NCBI GenBank assembly: GCA_963676395.1
Contig: OY781066.1
Location: 352,001-416,000, forward strand
Length of the DNA stretch: 64,000 bases
From: a bacterium
GTDB lineage: Bacteria > Fidelibacterota > Fidelibacteria > Fidelibacterales > Fidelibacteraceae
Direction of reading: 5' to 3'
The notes under the pieces were generated by a model. It was not told where the DNA came from. It saw only the letters and a program-made list of their open reading frames with translations, and searched no databases. Shown in pieces: positions 30,437-41,000 of the stretch. The position numbers and the translations under genes are program-made. Every line of letters begins with the position of its first letter. The first letter of the stretch is position 1.

Positions 30437-31030
30437 TTAATATATCATATCATGTATGACATTGTATCGCCACTTCAATTCTTTTCCTTTACTGATACCG
30501 ATCCTCGTAGATTCGGCAATCCTAAAGTCACCAAAATTAATAGAATGCTGAATTTGCAAATTTGAAGTCAAAAGGTCAAGCCCATTATCGTTTTTTGTTA
30601 TTAAAAATGCCTGAGTAAGCTTTGCGGGACCATTACATAAATTTTTTATTGATCGCCGGTCAGAACGCAGTTCACCATAGCGATTTATTTGCATGATCTC
30701 CTTACCTTCATATGGTTCAACCGCTCTTATTAAAATGGCATCTCCTTGCCCCTCCGGCCCGGAAACAACATTACAGCAATAATGAATGCCATAAGTAAAA
30801 TATACATATAATTTTCCTGCCGGTCCGAACATGACCTCATTGCGTTTACTTTTTCCAGAATAAGAGTGCGACGCAGGATCATCAGCTTGAGCATAGGCTT
30901 CAACTTCAATAATGTGCCCTGAAATACGTTGCCCATCTTCAAGAATACGCACAAAAAGCTTACCCAACAAAGATTTTGCCAGACTATGAAGATCTTGACG
31001 ATAAAAGCAACTATTTAGTACATTTGGCAT
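30437..31030 (-). CDS. mpg: DNA-3-methyladenine glycosylase (MPG/AAG family)
   Basis: IIEVEAY, DPASHS, YVYFTYGIH, LIRAVEP, NGPAKL and RIGI motifs. Confidence 0.92.
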   Translation of the reverse strand: MPNVLNSCFYRQDLHSLAKSLLGKLFVRILEDGQRISGHIIEVEAYAQADDPASHSYSGKSKRNEVMFGPAGKLYVYFTYGIHYCCNVVSGPEGQGDAILIRAVEPYEGKEIMQINRYGELRSDRRSIKNLCNGPAKLTQAFLITKNDNGLDLLTSNLQIQHSINFGDFRIAESTRIGISKGKELKWRYNVIHDMIY

Positions 31031-31031
31031 G

Positions 31032-31487
31032 TTAAGATTTTATTTTTTCAGCAAGAAATTCCACTGCTTCCAAATAACTGTTCTCTTTCTTCCCATAAAA
31101 TTGTTTAATACAAACATCTTTTGTCACCGATATTTTCCGAAAATCTTCCCGTTCATATATATTTGAAAGATGGACTTCAACGACAGGGATTTGCAATAGC
31201 TCTATGGCATCACGGATCGCATATGAATAATGAGTATATGCCGCCGGATTGATCAAAATAGCATCATAGTTTTTTCTTGCGCCGTGTATGGTATTAATGA
31301 TCTTCTCTTCGGAGTTAAATTGATAAATTGTTACAGCCACTCCCTCTTGTCCGGCTTTTTTTCTAATCGCATTATTCAATTTATCAAGTGTTAGATTACC
31401 ATATTGTTTTTTATCTCTATGGCCCAGCATATTTAAATTTGGACCATGAATCACACAAATTTTACTTGTTTTCTGCTGCTTTATCAT
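31032..31487 (-). CDS. aroQ: Type II 3-dehydroquinate dehydratase
   Basis: HGPNLNMLG.R, INPAAYTHYS and EVHLSNIYERE motifs. Confidence 0.95.
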   Translation of the reverse strand: MIKQQKTSKICVIHGPNLNMLGHRDKKQYGNLTLDKLNNAIRKKAGQEGVAVTIYQFNSEEKIINTIHGARKNYDAILINPAAYTHYSYAIRDAIELLQIPVVEVHLSNIYEREDFRKISVTKDVCIKQFYGKKENSYLEAVEFLAEKIKS

Positions 31488-31490
31488 TGC

Positions 31491-32582
31491 TTATCCCTTT
31501 ATAACTTCCAAACTATGCTTAACGGTTTCTTTTGAAATATTATTGGATATTTCGGCTGTACCAATGGCTGGGATCACAATAAACTTCAACTTACCATCTC
31601 TAATCTTTTTATCTCGTGATAATGCATACATCGCTCTGTCGACATCCAGCTTTTCAATATTACCACCAAGTGGAATTCTTTTTAAAGCTTGAATATATTG
31701 TTGAGCAGTTTCACCTGCTAGGCCATTTTCTTTTATAGAAATATCCAAGGCCGCGATCATTCCAAGAATAACTGCCTCACCATGTAAAAACTCACCATAA
31801 CCGCAAGAATTCTCTATCACATGTCCCACCGTATGCCCAAAATTCAATAACATACGTATGCCACTTTCTTTTTCATCTTTGGCTACAATCTTGGCTTTGA
31901 TCTCGACAGAGCGTTTTATAATATCAGAGATCAAGGTCATATCGCGCAATTTTAAAATATCATCCTGATGCTCAAGACAAAGATCCAATAAGTCCCTATC
32001 ATAAATAAAGCCATACTTCAAGATCTCACCAAAACCACAAACCACTTCGCGCAGATCCAGAGTTTTCAATACGGTAGGATCAATTAAGACAATTTCAGGT
32101 TGATAAAATGCTCCAATCAAATTCTTTCCGGCCGAGTGATTCACCCCTACTTTTCCACCAACCGAAGAATCAACCTGCGAAAGCAAGGTGGTCGGAACTT
32201 GAACAAAGGGTAAACCGCGGTATAAACTCGATGCGATAAAACCGGAAACATCTCCAACAATACCACCGCCTAAAGCAAGAATAGCGCAAGAGCGATCAAA
32301 ATTATCATCAATTAATTCATCATACAATTTCGAAACCGTTTCGAGATTTTTATGTATTTCGCCCGATGGCAGTAAATACGATGTTACTTGGTAACCCTGT
32401 AATTCCAAAGAGCGCATAACGCGCTCAAGATAAAGTTTTTTTACGGTTTTCGAGACTAAAACAGCAATTCGCTTACCGGGTTTAAGTACATGTTTTAATT
32501 CATTTCCAATATCCATCAATAGATGTTGATCTATCCTGATATCATAGGGGTGTTCCGCAATATCTACTTTTACTTTTATCAT
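31491..32582 (-). CDS. aroB: 3-dehydroquinate synthase
   Basis: GGGIVGD, PTTLLSQVDSSVGGK, KNLIGAF and LNFGHT motifs. Confidence 0.95.
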   Translation of the reverse strand: MIKVKVDIAEHPYDIRIDQHLLMDIGNELKHVLKPGKRIAVLVSKTVKKLYLERVMRSLELQGYQVTSYLLPSGEIHKNLETVSKLYDELIDDNFDRSCAILALGGGIVGDVSGFIASSLYRGLPFVQVPTTLLSQVDSSVGGKVGVNHSAGKNLIGAFYQPEIVLIDPTVLKTLDLREVVCGFGEILKYGFIYDRDLLDLCLEHQDDILKLRDMTLISDIIKRSVEIKAKIVAKDEKESGIRMLLNFGHTVGHVIENSCGYGEFLHGEAVILGMIAALDISIKENGLAGETAQQYIQALKRIPLGGNIEKLDVDRAMYALSRDKKIRDGKLKFIVIPAIGTAEISNNISKETVKHSLEVIKG

Positions 32583-33073
32583 CTTATCATGCTCTTTATC
32601 TTTTGAGCCGCTTGTTTAGGAGTAAATCTATCCGTATTAATGATCATATCCGCTTTGTTGTAAATATGGATACGTCCATTCAAAATCTTAACTATATGGT
32701 CCACTTCGATAGGTTTTGGCAGTAAGGGTCTATCCTCGTCTTTAATCCTTTCAAGAATAACTTCCGGTACACATTTCAACCATACGATCTTGCCATTTTT
32801 TTTCATCCACTTTCGATTTTCTTCTCTTACCGGGAATCCCCCACCCGTCGCAATAACGGTAGGTTTAGTGAATTTAAGCTGTTTTGCCGTATCCGATTCA
32901 TACCTTCGGAATACGACTTCACCATCTTCAAGAAAAATATTTTCTATACTTTTACCGTATTTTTCAACAATCTTACGGTCCAAGTCCAACAGATCATAAT
33001 TTAAAACCTCTGCCAATTCTTTAGCTACAGCCGATTTCCCGGATCCCATCATACCTATAAGAAATATATTCAT
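32579..33073 (-). CDS. aroK: Shikimate kinase
   Basis: IGMMGSGKS, DLD, GE..FR..E, ATGGG and RPLL motifs; start placed at MNIFLIG (33073), just after the aroC stop. Confidence 0.92.
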   Translation of the reverse strand: MNIFLIGMMGSGKSAVAKELAEVLNYDLLDLDRKIVEKYGKSIENIFLEDGEVVFRRYESDTAKQLKFTKPTVIATGGGFPVREENRKWMKKNGKIVWLKCVPEVILERIKDEDRPLLPKPIEVDHIVKILNGRIHIYNKADMIINTDRFTPKQAAQKIKSMIR

Positions 33074-33074
33074 A

Positions 33075-34211
33075 TTATTCTTCAAAATATCTTTCCTTGA
33101 TCTTTTCCCATCGATCAGCACCAAACCGAGATAAGACAGCATTTAAAATCGGACGTGCTATCAGGTTCTCGGCCACTACGGCAGCTGCAGGTAATGCACA
33201 GGTGTCTGAACGCTCCTTATGGGCTTCAACTTTTTCCATACTGTCTATACTAAAACTATCCAGTGGTGTGGTCAGTGTAGGGATAGGTTTCATCACTGCC
33301 GAAAGGATTAACGGTTCGGCATTGGTCATACCACCTTCTAAGCCACCGGCATGATTGGAGGCCCTTTCAACCTTACCATCCACTAATACAAAAGGATCAT
33401 GATACTCCGATCCACGTTTTGAGGCCGCAGAAAAACCGTCACCAAATTCCATGCCCTTGATCGCTTGCATACCCATGATCTCAGCGGCAATAGAAGAAGT
33501 TAATTTATCATCCCAGTGCACATAAGATCCCAAAGCTAAGGGTAAACCATATACAACGATCTGAAAAATACCCCCAATGGAATCTCCGGCAACTTTGACC
33601 TCATCTATCTCTTTACGCATTGCTTCAGCCTGATTTTCATCAACACAACGAACATCGGATCCATCTGCTTTCTTTAGCATGTCTTCATCAAGTTCATCGT
33701 ATTCGCAACTTACCTTTCCCAATTGGGTAATATGAGAGTATATTTTAATTCCAATATCTTCAAGCAATTGTCTGCATACTGCACCCGGCAAAATCCTGGC
33801 ACCGGTTTCTCGGGCAGATGCTCTCTCCAAAACATTCCGAACATCGTCAAAACCATATTTAACTATCCCTGCATAATCGGCATGTCCGGGACGTGGGATC
33901 AGTACTTTATGACTGATATCTGCATCTACCGGATCCATGCGATTCTGCCAATTGGCAAAATCTTTATTCTGGACCATCAGGGTTAATGGTGATGCTAAGG
34001 TCATGCTATCACGTAAACCGCTTAATACAGCAACGCGATCTTGCTCAATTTTCATACGTCCACCTCGACCATAACCCTGTTGGCGTCGCCAAAGCTGATA
34101 GTTAACTGCATCAACATCAAGTTTAAAACCGGCCGGTAATCCTTTAATTATGGTGGTTAAAGCCGGGCCATGACTTTCACCGGCGGTAATGTAACTTATG
34201 TGTTCTTTCAT
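33075..34211 (-). CDS. aroC: Chorismate synthase
   Basis: TAGESHG, RRQQGYGRG, PRPGHAD, ERASARET, GGLEGG and MKPIPT motifs. Confidence 0.96.
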   Translation of the reverse strand: MKEHISYITAGESHGPALTTIIKGLPAGFKLDVDAVNYQLWRRQQGYGRGGRMKIEQDRVAVLSGLRDSMTLASPLTLMVQNKDFANWQNRMDPVDADISHKVLIPRPGHADYAGIVKYGFDDVRNVLERASARETGARILPGAVCRQLLEDIGIKIYSHITQLGKVSCEYDELDEDMLKKADGSDVRCVDENQAEAMRKEIDEVKVAGDSIGGIFQIVVYGLPLALGSYVHWDDKLTSSIAAEIMGMQAIKGMEFGDGFSAASKRGSEYHDPFVLVDGKVERASNHAGGLEGGMTNAEPLILSAVMKPIPTLTTPLDSFSIDSMEKVEAHKERSDTCALPAAAVVAENLIARPILNAVLSRFGADRWEKIKERYFEE

Positions 34212-34226
34212 GTATTCTCCAATGGT

Positions 34227-35042
34227 CTAGGATATGGTATTTAAGGTCACCAGTCTACGAATTATCTCATTAACGTTCAGATCTTTGATCTCATGGCTCT
34301 TAAACCATATTTTTTGGGCTTCCACTGCCTGATAAACAAGCATTTTCATGCCATTGATCGTTTTCAATCCTTTATTCTGAGCATAAAGTTCCAAATGTGT
34401 CGGATAGGGTGTATAGTTCAAGTCAAACAAAACATCATTTGCATTAAATGGAATATAGTCTTCGGGAATATCCTTAATTTTAGCCCCTCCTACAGGGGTT
34501 CCATTGATCCACAGTGTGGGCAATTCGGGTAAAAAATCAAGAATTTTTATTTTAGCATTTAAATTCATTTCTTGAATAAAGTCTTGTCGCTCTACATCAT
34601 CAACTCCACCAATCACCGTAATTGAGCGAAAACCCATTTCCTGTAAAGCAAAAATTACGGCTCGGGCTACTCCACCATAACCAACCAATACAGGATGAAA
34701 ATCAAAGTAATTTTTTAAACTATCTTTTAGACTGCGAATAAACCCCAAATAATCTGTATTGTAGCCCGTCCAAATCCCATCAACAATTTCAACAGTATTA
34801 ATAGCACCTATCTTTTCTGCAACAGGATCCACATGATCACAGAAAGATAAAATTGATTGTTTATGAGGGATCGTAATATTAAATCCATTCAGAGCTTGTA
34901 ATTGTTGAGGTCTTTCCTTCAACAGCTGCTCGGGGGCCAGATCAATGATCTCATAATGAATATCGGTGGTCGATATCATATCATGAATAACCGGACTCAT
35001 TGAATATGAGATATGATGTCCTAAAAGTGCAAATTTCATCAT
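34227..35042 (-). CDS. aroE: Shikimate dehydrogenase
   Basis: SMSP.IH, NITIPHK, GAINT, NTDY.G and MLVYQA motifs. Confidence 0.92.
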   Translation of the reverse strand: MMKFALLGHHISYSMSPVIHDMISTTDIHYEIIDLAPEQLLKERPQQLQALNGFNITIPHKQSILSFCDHVDPVAEKIGAINTVEIVDGIWTGYNTDYLGFIRSLKDSLKNYFDFHPVLVGYGGVARAVIFALQEMGFRSITVIGGVDDVERQDFIQEMNLNAKIKILDFLPELPTLWINGTPVGGAKIKDIPEDYIPFNANDVLFDLNYTPYPTHLELYAQNKGLKTINGMKMLVYQAVEAQKIWFKSHEIKDLNVNEIIRRLVTLNTIS

Positions 35043-36334
35043 TTACTGATCCTGGCAAGAATATCATAAAAGTTTGGATATGAAATATCAACGGATGACC
35101 AACCGCTTAATTTCACAGGATTTTCACAAATCAGAGCGGCAATGGAAGCTGTCATTGCAATACGATGATCACCATGAGCATCCACTTTGCCACCTTTTAA
35201 TTTGGTATCACCATGAATGATCATACCGTCTTCAAGTTCTTCTACCTCTGCTCCCAAACTTCTCAACATTTCTATCGTAGTTTTAATGCGATCACTTTCT
35301 TTAAAACGTAATTCTTTTGCGCCTGTAAATTTACTTACACCTTTTGCCTGAGTTGCAATTAAGGCAAGAAGCGGTAACTCGTCGATAAGTGAAGGTACGG
35401 TCTTTGAACGAATTTCAAAGGCCTTCAATAAAGATGAACGAATCGTAATATCACCTACAGGCTCAAGACTCTTTTCTTTTTCTAAACATTCAATGTTGGC
35501 TCCGGAATTCTTCAAGATCGATATAAATGCTGTACGCGTGGGGTTCATTGACATTTTTTTCAGCAACAACTTACTTTTAGGTAATAATAACCCGGCTGCA
35601 ACCCAATAAGCCGCAGATGAGGGATCACCTGGGACAGAATAATCAAAACCCGGGATCGAACGCTTAAGTGTATGAACAGAGATCAAATTTTTATTATGAA
35701 AAATGGGAATTTTAAAGATTTTCATCATGCGCTCGGTATGATCGCGACTTTTAGTGTTCTCTTCAACAAAAGTTTTTCCTTTTGCCGATAAACCGGCCAA
35801 TAGCACACATGATTTTACCTGAGCGGAAGCAATTGGCAAGGCATACTGGATACCATCAAGGACTTTGCCACGAATACGCATGGGCAAATGACCGTCTGTT
35901 GAAGAAATATCAGCGCCCATTTTCTCAAGCGGTGTTATTACTCGTCCCATTGGTCGCTGTGATAAAGAATCATCACCTATCATTGTTACATCAAGATTTT
36001 CACGACCCGCAAGCAAGCCGGACATCAATCGAACTGTAGTACCTGAATTCCCACAATTTAGAACACCGTCAAGGGGTTGAGTCCAAGCCGCAATGCCCGG
36101 CGAATCAACATCAACGGTAAATTTACCCAATTGAAAGTTAACTCCCAGTTTTTGCAAACAAGCAATTGTGGATAAAGCATCAGCACCAATGTTTAAATGC
36201 TTGATCTTTGAGCGTCCTTTTGCAATGGCCGCAAACATCAAGGCTCTGTGAGAAATTGATTTATCTCCAGGTAAGGTTATCTGTCCACGCACTGAGTCAA
36301 CGGATGAAATATTTTTTACATTGTTATCTGACAT
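35039..36334 (-). CDS. aroA: EPSP synthase
   Basis: PGDKSISHR, GNSGTT, SAQVKS, RDHTERM, ELRFKESDR and DHRIAM motifs. Confidence 0.96.
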   Translation of the reverse strand: MSDNNVKNISSVDSVRGQITLPGDKSISHRALMFAAIAKGRSKIKHLNIGADALSTIACLQKLGVNFQLGKFTVDVDSPGIAAWTQPLDGVLNCGNSGTTVRLMSGLLAGRENLDVTMIGDDSLSQRPMGRVITPLEKMGADISSTDGHLPMRIRGKVLDGIQYALPIASAQVKSCVLLAGLSAKGKTFVEENTKSRDHTERMMKIFKIPIFHNKNLISVHTLKRSIPGFDYSVPGDPSSAAYWVAAGLLLPKSKLLLKKMSMNPTRTAFISILKNSGANIECLEKEKSLEPVGDITIRSSLLKAFEIRSKTVPSLIDELPLLALIATQAKGVSKFTGAKELRFKESDRIKTTIEMLRSLGAEVEELEDGMIIHGDTKLKGGKVDAHGDHRIAMTASIAALICENPVKLSGWSSVDISYPNFYDILARISK

Positions 36335-36437
36335 AGTTTCCTCAATTTAGAAGCCGAAAGCCAATAGAAAGTAATTATAGTTAAAAGTTACATAAGCTTG
36401 ATGTATCTAACAATCTTTTTGCTTTGCTCCATACTCC

Positions 36438-37766
36438 TTACTCTTTAATAACCGTCACAAAATCTGTCACATTATAGTCCAAATCTTGAATGCCTTTTTC
36501 GATCATTTTCAGATCATACAAAGGTTTACAATTCTGCGAAGCAATAATATATGCATCTTCCGGCAACTTACCTTCTGCTAATTTTCTTGCTGATAAGGCC
36601 GTATCGTCTTCTTCAACTAGCGGTACACCCGGATAATGCTTATTTAAATATGATTTACACTGTCTGAGCGCTTGAGGATGAGAATGAATTGAAGATGGTT
36701 TTTCTACAGATACATCCTTTCTTCCCATTAAACATTGTTTAACAATGAATGGAAAGAAACCGGTGATTTTACAACGATATTTAGCTAATCCTTGTACTGT
36801 TTCCAAAACCATGCCACCCACTGAATTTTGAATTGGTAATAAACCGATTTTAATAAAACCAAAATTCAAGGCATCATATACTCGCTCAGCTGTCGTTAAG
36901 CAAAACAATTCGCCATTCTTGACATGATTATTGCTCATCCAGCGTTGGCCGGCTTCCTGAGAAAAAGACCCTTCTTCTCCCATAACACCAAGTGTACAAT
37001 TTTCTGTAATCTCGATATTTTCTCTTCTGATATGTGTAGATACTTCATGTGTGGCATCAAGAAATTTCTTGAACATATTAGCCGATTCAGGATTATATAA
37101 TAGCATATCCTTAAACAATTGAGCCGTATCATGTTCACAAAATGCCTCCACATCTCGTAGCATTTTATAGCCACGAGTCGGGGTATCGGTATTCGGTAAA
37201 TCCATGCGTTTAAGCACATTACCTACAAAATGAGTAAGACCTTGAGAATAAGCAATACTTTTATCATGGCTTGTGGGGGTAATACATTTTGTAAACAGGC
37301 GCCAGGATGCAAAAATATCTGACCAGACCTGTCCAAGCTCCGGATATTGCTCAGAAGGAGTAATAATCATAAGATTATTACGATTCTCAGCATAAGAATC
37401 CGGTCCAAACAATGGATGTACACCTATATGTTTGATCTCGGGAATAACTCCATCCATCCATTGTACCGGCATAGATTTTACCGAAGCCATATCAATAAGC
37501 GTAGAATCTTTTGCTATCTTAGATGCATTCGATCTTATAAACTCTTCCATTGTTGAAATGGGAATACATAAAAAGATAACATCCTGTTGCAAGGCTGTTT
37601 TAAGATTAACAAATTTAATATTTTGTTGTTCATCCGGGAAAAGGTCAACGTTTGTTTCATGAACAAATACTTCGGCATGTTCCGAAAGAATATCTACCCA
37701 TAAACGGCCAAAACGACCGTATCCTATCACGGAATAAGATAAATTTTTATAATCAGATTTTTGCAA
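36438..37766 (-). CDS. Prephenate dehydrogenase - prephenate dehydratase fusion
   Basis: N-half: GYGRFG, D.ASVK, HPLFGP, HD..IA.SQ.LTH (TyrA). C-half: G.EGSFSQ.A, LPIQNSVGG, SHPQALRQC (PDT). Confidence 0.85.
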   Translation of the reverse strand: MQKSDYKNLSYSVIGYGRFGRLWVDILSEHAEVFVHETNVDLFPDEQQNIKFVNLKTALQQDVIFLCIPISTMEEFIRSNASKIAKDSTLIDMASVKSMPVQWMDGVIPEIKHIGVHPLFGPDSYAENRNNLMIITPSEQYPELGQVWSDIFASWRLFTKCITPTSHDKSIAYSQGLTHFVGNVLKRMDLPNTDTPTRGYKMLRDVEAFCEHDTAQLFKDMLLYNPESANMFKKFLDATHEVSTHIRRENIEITENCTLGVMGEEGSFSQEAGQRWMSNNHVKNGELFCLTTAERVYDALNFGFIKIGLLPIQNSVGGMVLETVQGLAKYRCKITGFFPFIVKQCLMGRKDVSVEKPSSIHSHPQALRQCKSYLNKHYPGVPLVEEDDTALSARKLAEGKLPEDAYIIASQNCKPLYDLKMIEKGIQDLDYNVTDFVTVIKE

Positions 37767-38775
37767 TGGTCTTCCCTAATGCTCCTGCAATAATTTTAAT
37801 TTCTTTCATTAATTCGGCAAATTGTTCCGGGTAAAGTGATTGAGCACCATCGGACAGTGCTTCATCGGGATTATTATGTACCTCAACCATAATACCGTCA
37901 GCTCCGGCCGCGATGGCTGCTCTTGCCATAGGAATAACCAGTTCTCGCTGCCCCATTGGATGAGAAGGATCAACAATAATCGGTAAATGTGATTTTTGTT
38001 TGATTACCGGAACAGAGGACAGGTCTAAAGTAAATCTTGTCGATTTCTCAAAAGTCCTGATGCCACGTTCGCAAAGCATCACTTTATTATTACCTTCACT
38101 TGCCAAATATTCCGCAGAATTCAACCATTCTTCGATAGTAGCCGAAATACCACGTTTTAACAAAACAGGTTTATCAAGATATGCCAATTCTTTCAGTAAT
38201 GAAAAATTCTGCATGTTTCGGGCCCCGATCTGAATAACATCAACATATTTTTCAAAAAGAGGGATATCGGCGATCTTCATGATCTCTGAAACGACAGGTA
38301 TACCATGTTTCTTCTTAACATCACTTAGGTATATCAAGCCTTCTTCTCCCAAACCCTGAAAAGCATAAGGTGATGAGCGAGGTTTAAAGGCCCCTCCACG
38401 AACCATGTTTGCGCCATATTTAACCAAATCATCCGTGATATTGTGCAGCATGTCACTGTTTTCTACAGAACAAGGACCGGCCATCACAACCAATTCATTC
38501 GAACCAATATTAAGATTATCTACTTTTACGATAGAATTTTCAGGATGAAACGCTCTTGAACAAAGTTTATATGATTCCAAAACTCTGAATGCATCGGATA
38601 CACCATCAAAGGTTTTAAAATATTCAGGTGCTAACTTTTTCGTATCTCCTATCACACCATAAACTGTATACTCATCACCTTTGATCGGGTGGATCTTATA
38701 TCCTCGTTCAATCAGGTAGCTCTTTACCTGAGTCATCTGTTGCTTTGCTGCATTTGGTTTAAAAACAATAATCAT
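37753..38775 (-). CDS. aroF: DAHP synthase, type I-beta with N-terminal regulatory domain (copy 2)
   Basis: AGPCSVE, KPRSSPYAFQG, QIGARNMQNF and DPSH motifs; start set at MIIVFKP by comparison with its paralogue. Confidence 0.93.
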   Translation of the reverse strand: MIIVFKPNAAKQQMTQVKSYLIERGYKIHPIKGDEYTVYGVIGDTKKLAPEYFKTFDGVSDAFRVLESYKLCSRAFHPENSIVKVDNLNIGSNELVVMAGPCSVENSDMLHNITDDLVKYGANMVRGGAFKPRSSPYAFQGLGEEGLIYLSDVKKKHGIPVVSEIMKIADIPLFEKYVDVIQIGARNMQNFSLLKELAYLDKPVLLKRGISATIEEWLNSAEYLASEGNNKVMLCERGIRTFEKSTRFTLDLSSVPVIKQKSHLPIIVDPSHPMGQRELVIPMARAAIAAGADGIMVEVHNNPDEALSDGAQSLYPEQFAELMKEIKIIAGALGKTIAKI

Positions 38776-38903
38776 ATATCTTTTCCTTTTTATTATCAAC
38801 GTAACAAATGGCAATATCTCAATAAGGGAAATAAATATCCCAAAGAGAAAACCTTAAATACCTCAAATCGATCAAGTGTTATTTAAGGCAGCTAATTGTT
38901 AAC

Positions 38904-39926
38904 TTAAAATTTTGCTATGGTTTTACCCAAGGCACCGGCAATTATTTCCACTTCCTTCATTAAATCGGCAAATTGCTCCGGATACAAGGATTGTGGTCCA
39001 TCTGAAAGCGCTTCATCGGGATGATTGTGTACTTCAACCATAATACCATCTGCACCTGCTGCGATGGCAGCTCTTGCCATAGGAATAACCAGTTCTCGCT
39101 GCCCCATTGGATGAGATGGATCCACAATAATAGGCAAATGTGATTTTTGTTTGATTACCGGAACAGAGGATAGATCTAAAGTAAATCTTGTCGATTTTTC
39201 AAATGTACGAATACCCCGCTCACAAAGCATAACCTTATCATTTCCCTTGCTTGCAAGATATTCTGCTGAATTCAACCATTCATCTATTGTCGCCGAAATA
39301 CCGCGCTTTAGTAAAACGGGCTTATCAAGGTGCGCCAATTCCTTTAGCAAAGAAAAATTTTGCATGTTTCTGGCACCGATCTGGATGACATCTACATACT
39401 TTTCAAACAAAGGAATGTCGGCGATCTTCATGATCTCTGAAACAACCGGGATACCGTGCTTGTTATTTACCTCCTTCAGGTATTTCAGACCTTCTTCTCC
39501 GAGTCCTTGAAAAGCATAAGGTGAAGAACGTGGCTTATATGCACCACCTCGAACCATATTGGCACCATGTTTAACCAACTCATCAGAAATTTCATGTAGC
39601 ATTTTATTATTTTCTACGGAACAAGGACCGGCCATAATGACCAGTTCATTTGAACCGACATGAATATTTCCAACTTTAACAATTGAGTTTTCAGGATGAA
39701 AAGTACGTGAACAACGTTTGTATGATTCTTGTACGCGGAAAGCATTTGAAACACCGCTAAAGACTCTAAAAAAATCGGGACTTAATCTGTTTGTATCACC
39801 AATAACACCATACAAAGTATAGTCTTTTCCCTCACTCGGATGGATTTCATAACCATGAGTGCTTAAATAGTCTTCAACATGAGCTTTCTGCTCTACAGTT
39901 GCATTCGGCTTGAATACAATGATCAT
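38904..39926 (-). CDS. aroF: DAHP synthase, type I-beta with N-terminal regulatory domain (copy 1)
   Basis: Same motifs; collinear 340-aa paralogue. Confidence 0.93.
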   Translation of the reverse strand: MIIVFKPNATVEQKAHVEDYLSTHGYEIHPSEGKDYTLYGVIGDTNRLSPDFFRVFSGVSNAFRVQESYKRCSRTFHPENSIVKVGNIHVGSNELVIMAGPCSVENNKMLHEISDELVKHGANMVRGGAYKPRSSPYAFQGLGEEGLKYLKEVNNKHGIPVVSEIMKIADIPLFEKYVDVIQIGARNMQNFSLLKELAHLDKPVLLKRGISATIDEWLNSAEYLASKGNDKVMLCERGIRTFEKSTRFTLDLSSVPVIKQKSHLPIIVDPSHPMGQRELVIPMARAAIAAGADGIMVEVHNHPDEALSDGPQSLYPEQFADLMKEVEIIAGALGKTIAKF

Positions 39927-40954
39927 GTGTTCACTCCTTCATCTAGTTTTAAATTTGGGACAGCTCCAATATTTAAATCGGACAACCAAGCTTTTTTATA
40001 ATACATAACACCGGTTGCTGCGATCATGGCAGCATTATCGGTGCAATATTGCAATGGAGGATAAAACAACTCAACACCCATGGCTGTGGACATGGCTTTC
40101 AATTCAGAACGCAAACGTCGATTGGCTGCCACTCCACCGGCAACAATAACTTGTTTGTGTCCCGTTGCAACAATGGCCCTTCGTACTTTTTCTTTTAGAA
40201 CATCTACAACGGCTTCCTGAAAAGAAGCGGCAATATTGGCCTTATCTTGCTCGGAAGGATCTGGATGTTTTTTCATATAATTCAACACAGCTGTTTTCAT
40301 ACCACTGAAAGAGAAATCAAGACTATCGGGTTCTAATAGAGACCGCGGAAACTTCACGGCATTCGGGTCACCGACATCGGAAAGTTTATCGATCACAGGG
40401 CCACCGGGGTAACCGATCTTTAACAATCTGGCAGTCTTATCAAATGACTCACCCGCCGCATCATCCCTTGTAGTACCAAGAATCTTAAACTGTTTAACGC
40501 CTTTAACATCCACAATCATAGTATGTCCACCTGAAACAAGTAAACACAAAAATGGCGGTTCCAACTCCGGAAACTCCAACATGGGAGCATATAAATGAGC
40601 CTCAACATGATTAACGCCAATAAAAGGTATGTTTTGCGCTAAAGCGAAACCCTTTGCATAATTCAAACCAACCAACAAAGCTCCCATTAGGCCGGGGCCA
40701 TAGGTGACGGCAATCGCATCAATATCTTCAGGCTTCATCTTAGCTTCTTCAAAAGCTGAGTGAACAACCTGAGAAATTGCATGTTCATGTGCTCGTGACG
40801 CCAATTCGGGAACCACTCCCCCATATTTTTTGTGTACCATTTGGGAATATACAATATGCGAGACAACATCAAAGTTATTTAAAATCGCGGCAGATGTTTC
40901 ATCACAAGAGGATTCAATACCTAAAATTACTGGGGATTTTTTCATTTCTTTCAT
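39923..40954 (-). CDS. tsaD: tRNA N6-threonylcarbamoyltransferase
   Basis: GIESSCDET, GGVVPELASR.H, HVEAH, VSGGHT and CTDNAAMI motifs. Confidence 0.96.
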   Translation of the reverse strand: MKEMKKSPVILGIESSCDETSAAILNNFDVVSHIVYSQMVHKKYGGVVPELASRAHEHAISQVVHSAFEEAKMKPEDIDAIAVTYGPGLMGALLVGLNYAKGFALAQNIPFIGVNHVEAHLYAPMLEFPELEPPFLCLLVSGGHTMIVDVKGVKQFKILGTTRDDAAGESFDKTARLLKIGYPGGPVIDKLSDVGDPNAVKFPRSLLEPDSLDFSFSGMKTAVLNYMKKHPDPSEQDKANIAASFQEAVVDVLKEKVRRAIVATGHKQVIVAGGVAANRRLRSELKAMSTAMGVELFYPPLQYCTDNAAMIAATGVMYYKKAWLSDLNIGAVPNLKLDEGVNT

Positions 40955-41000
40955 AATTCACCATTGAGACAAGGCACACAAGTCTCTACATTTTTATTTA

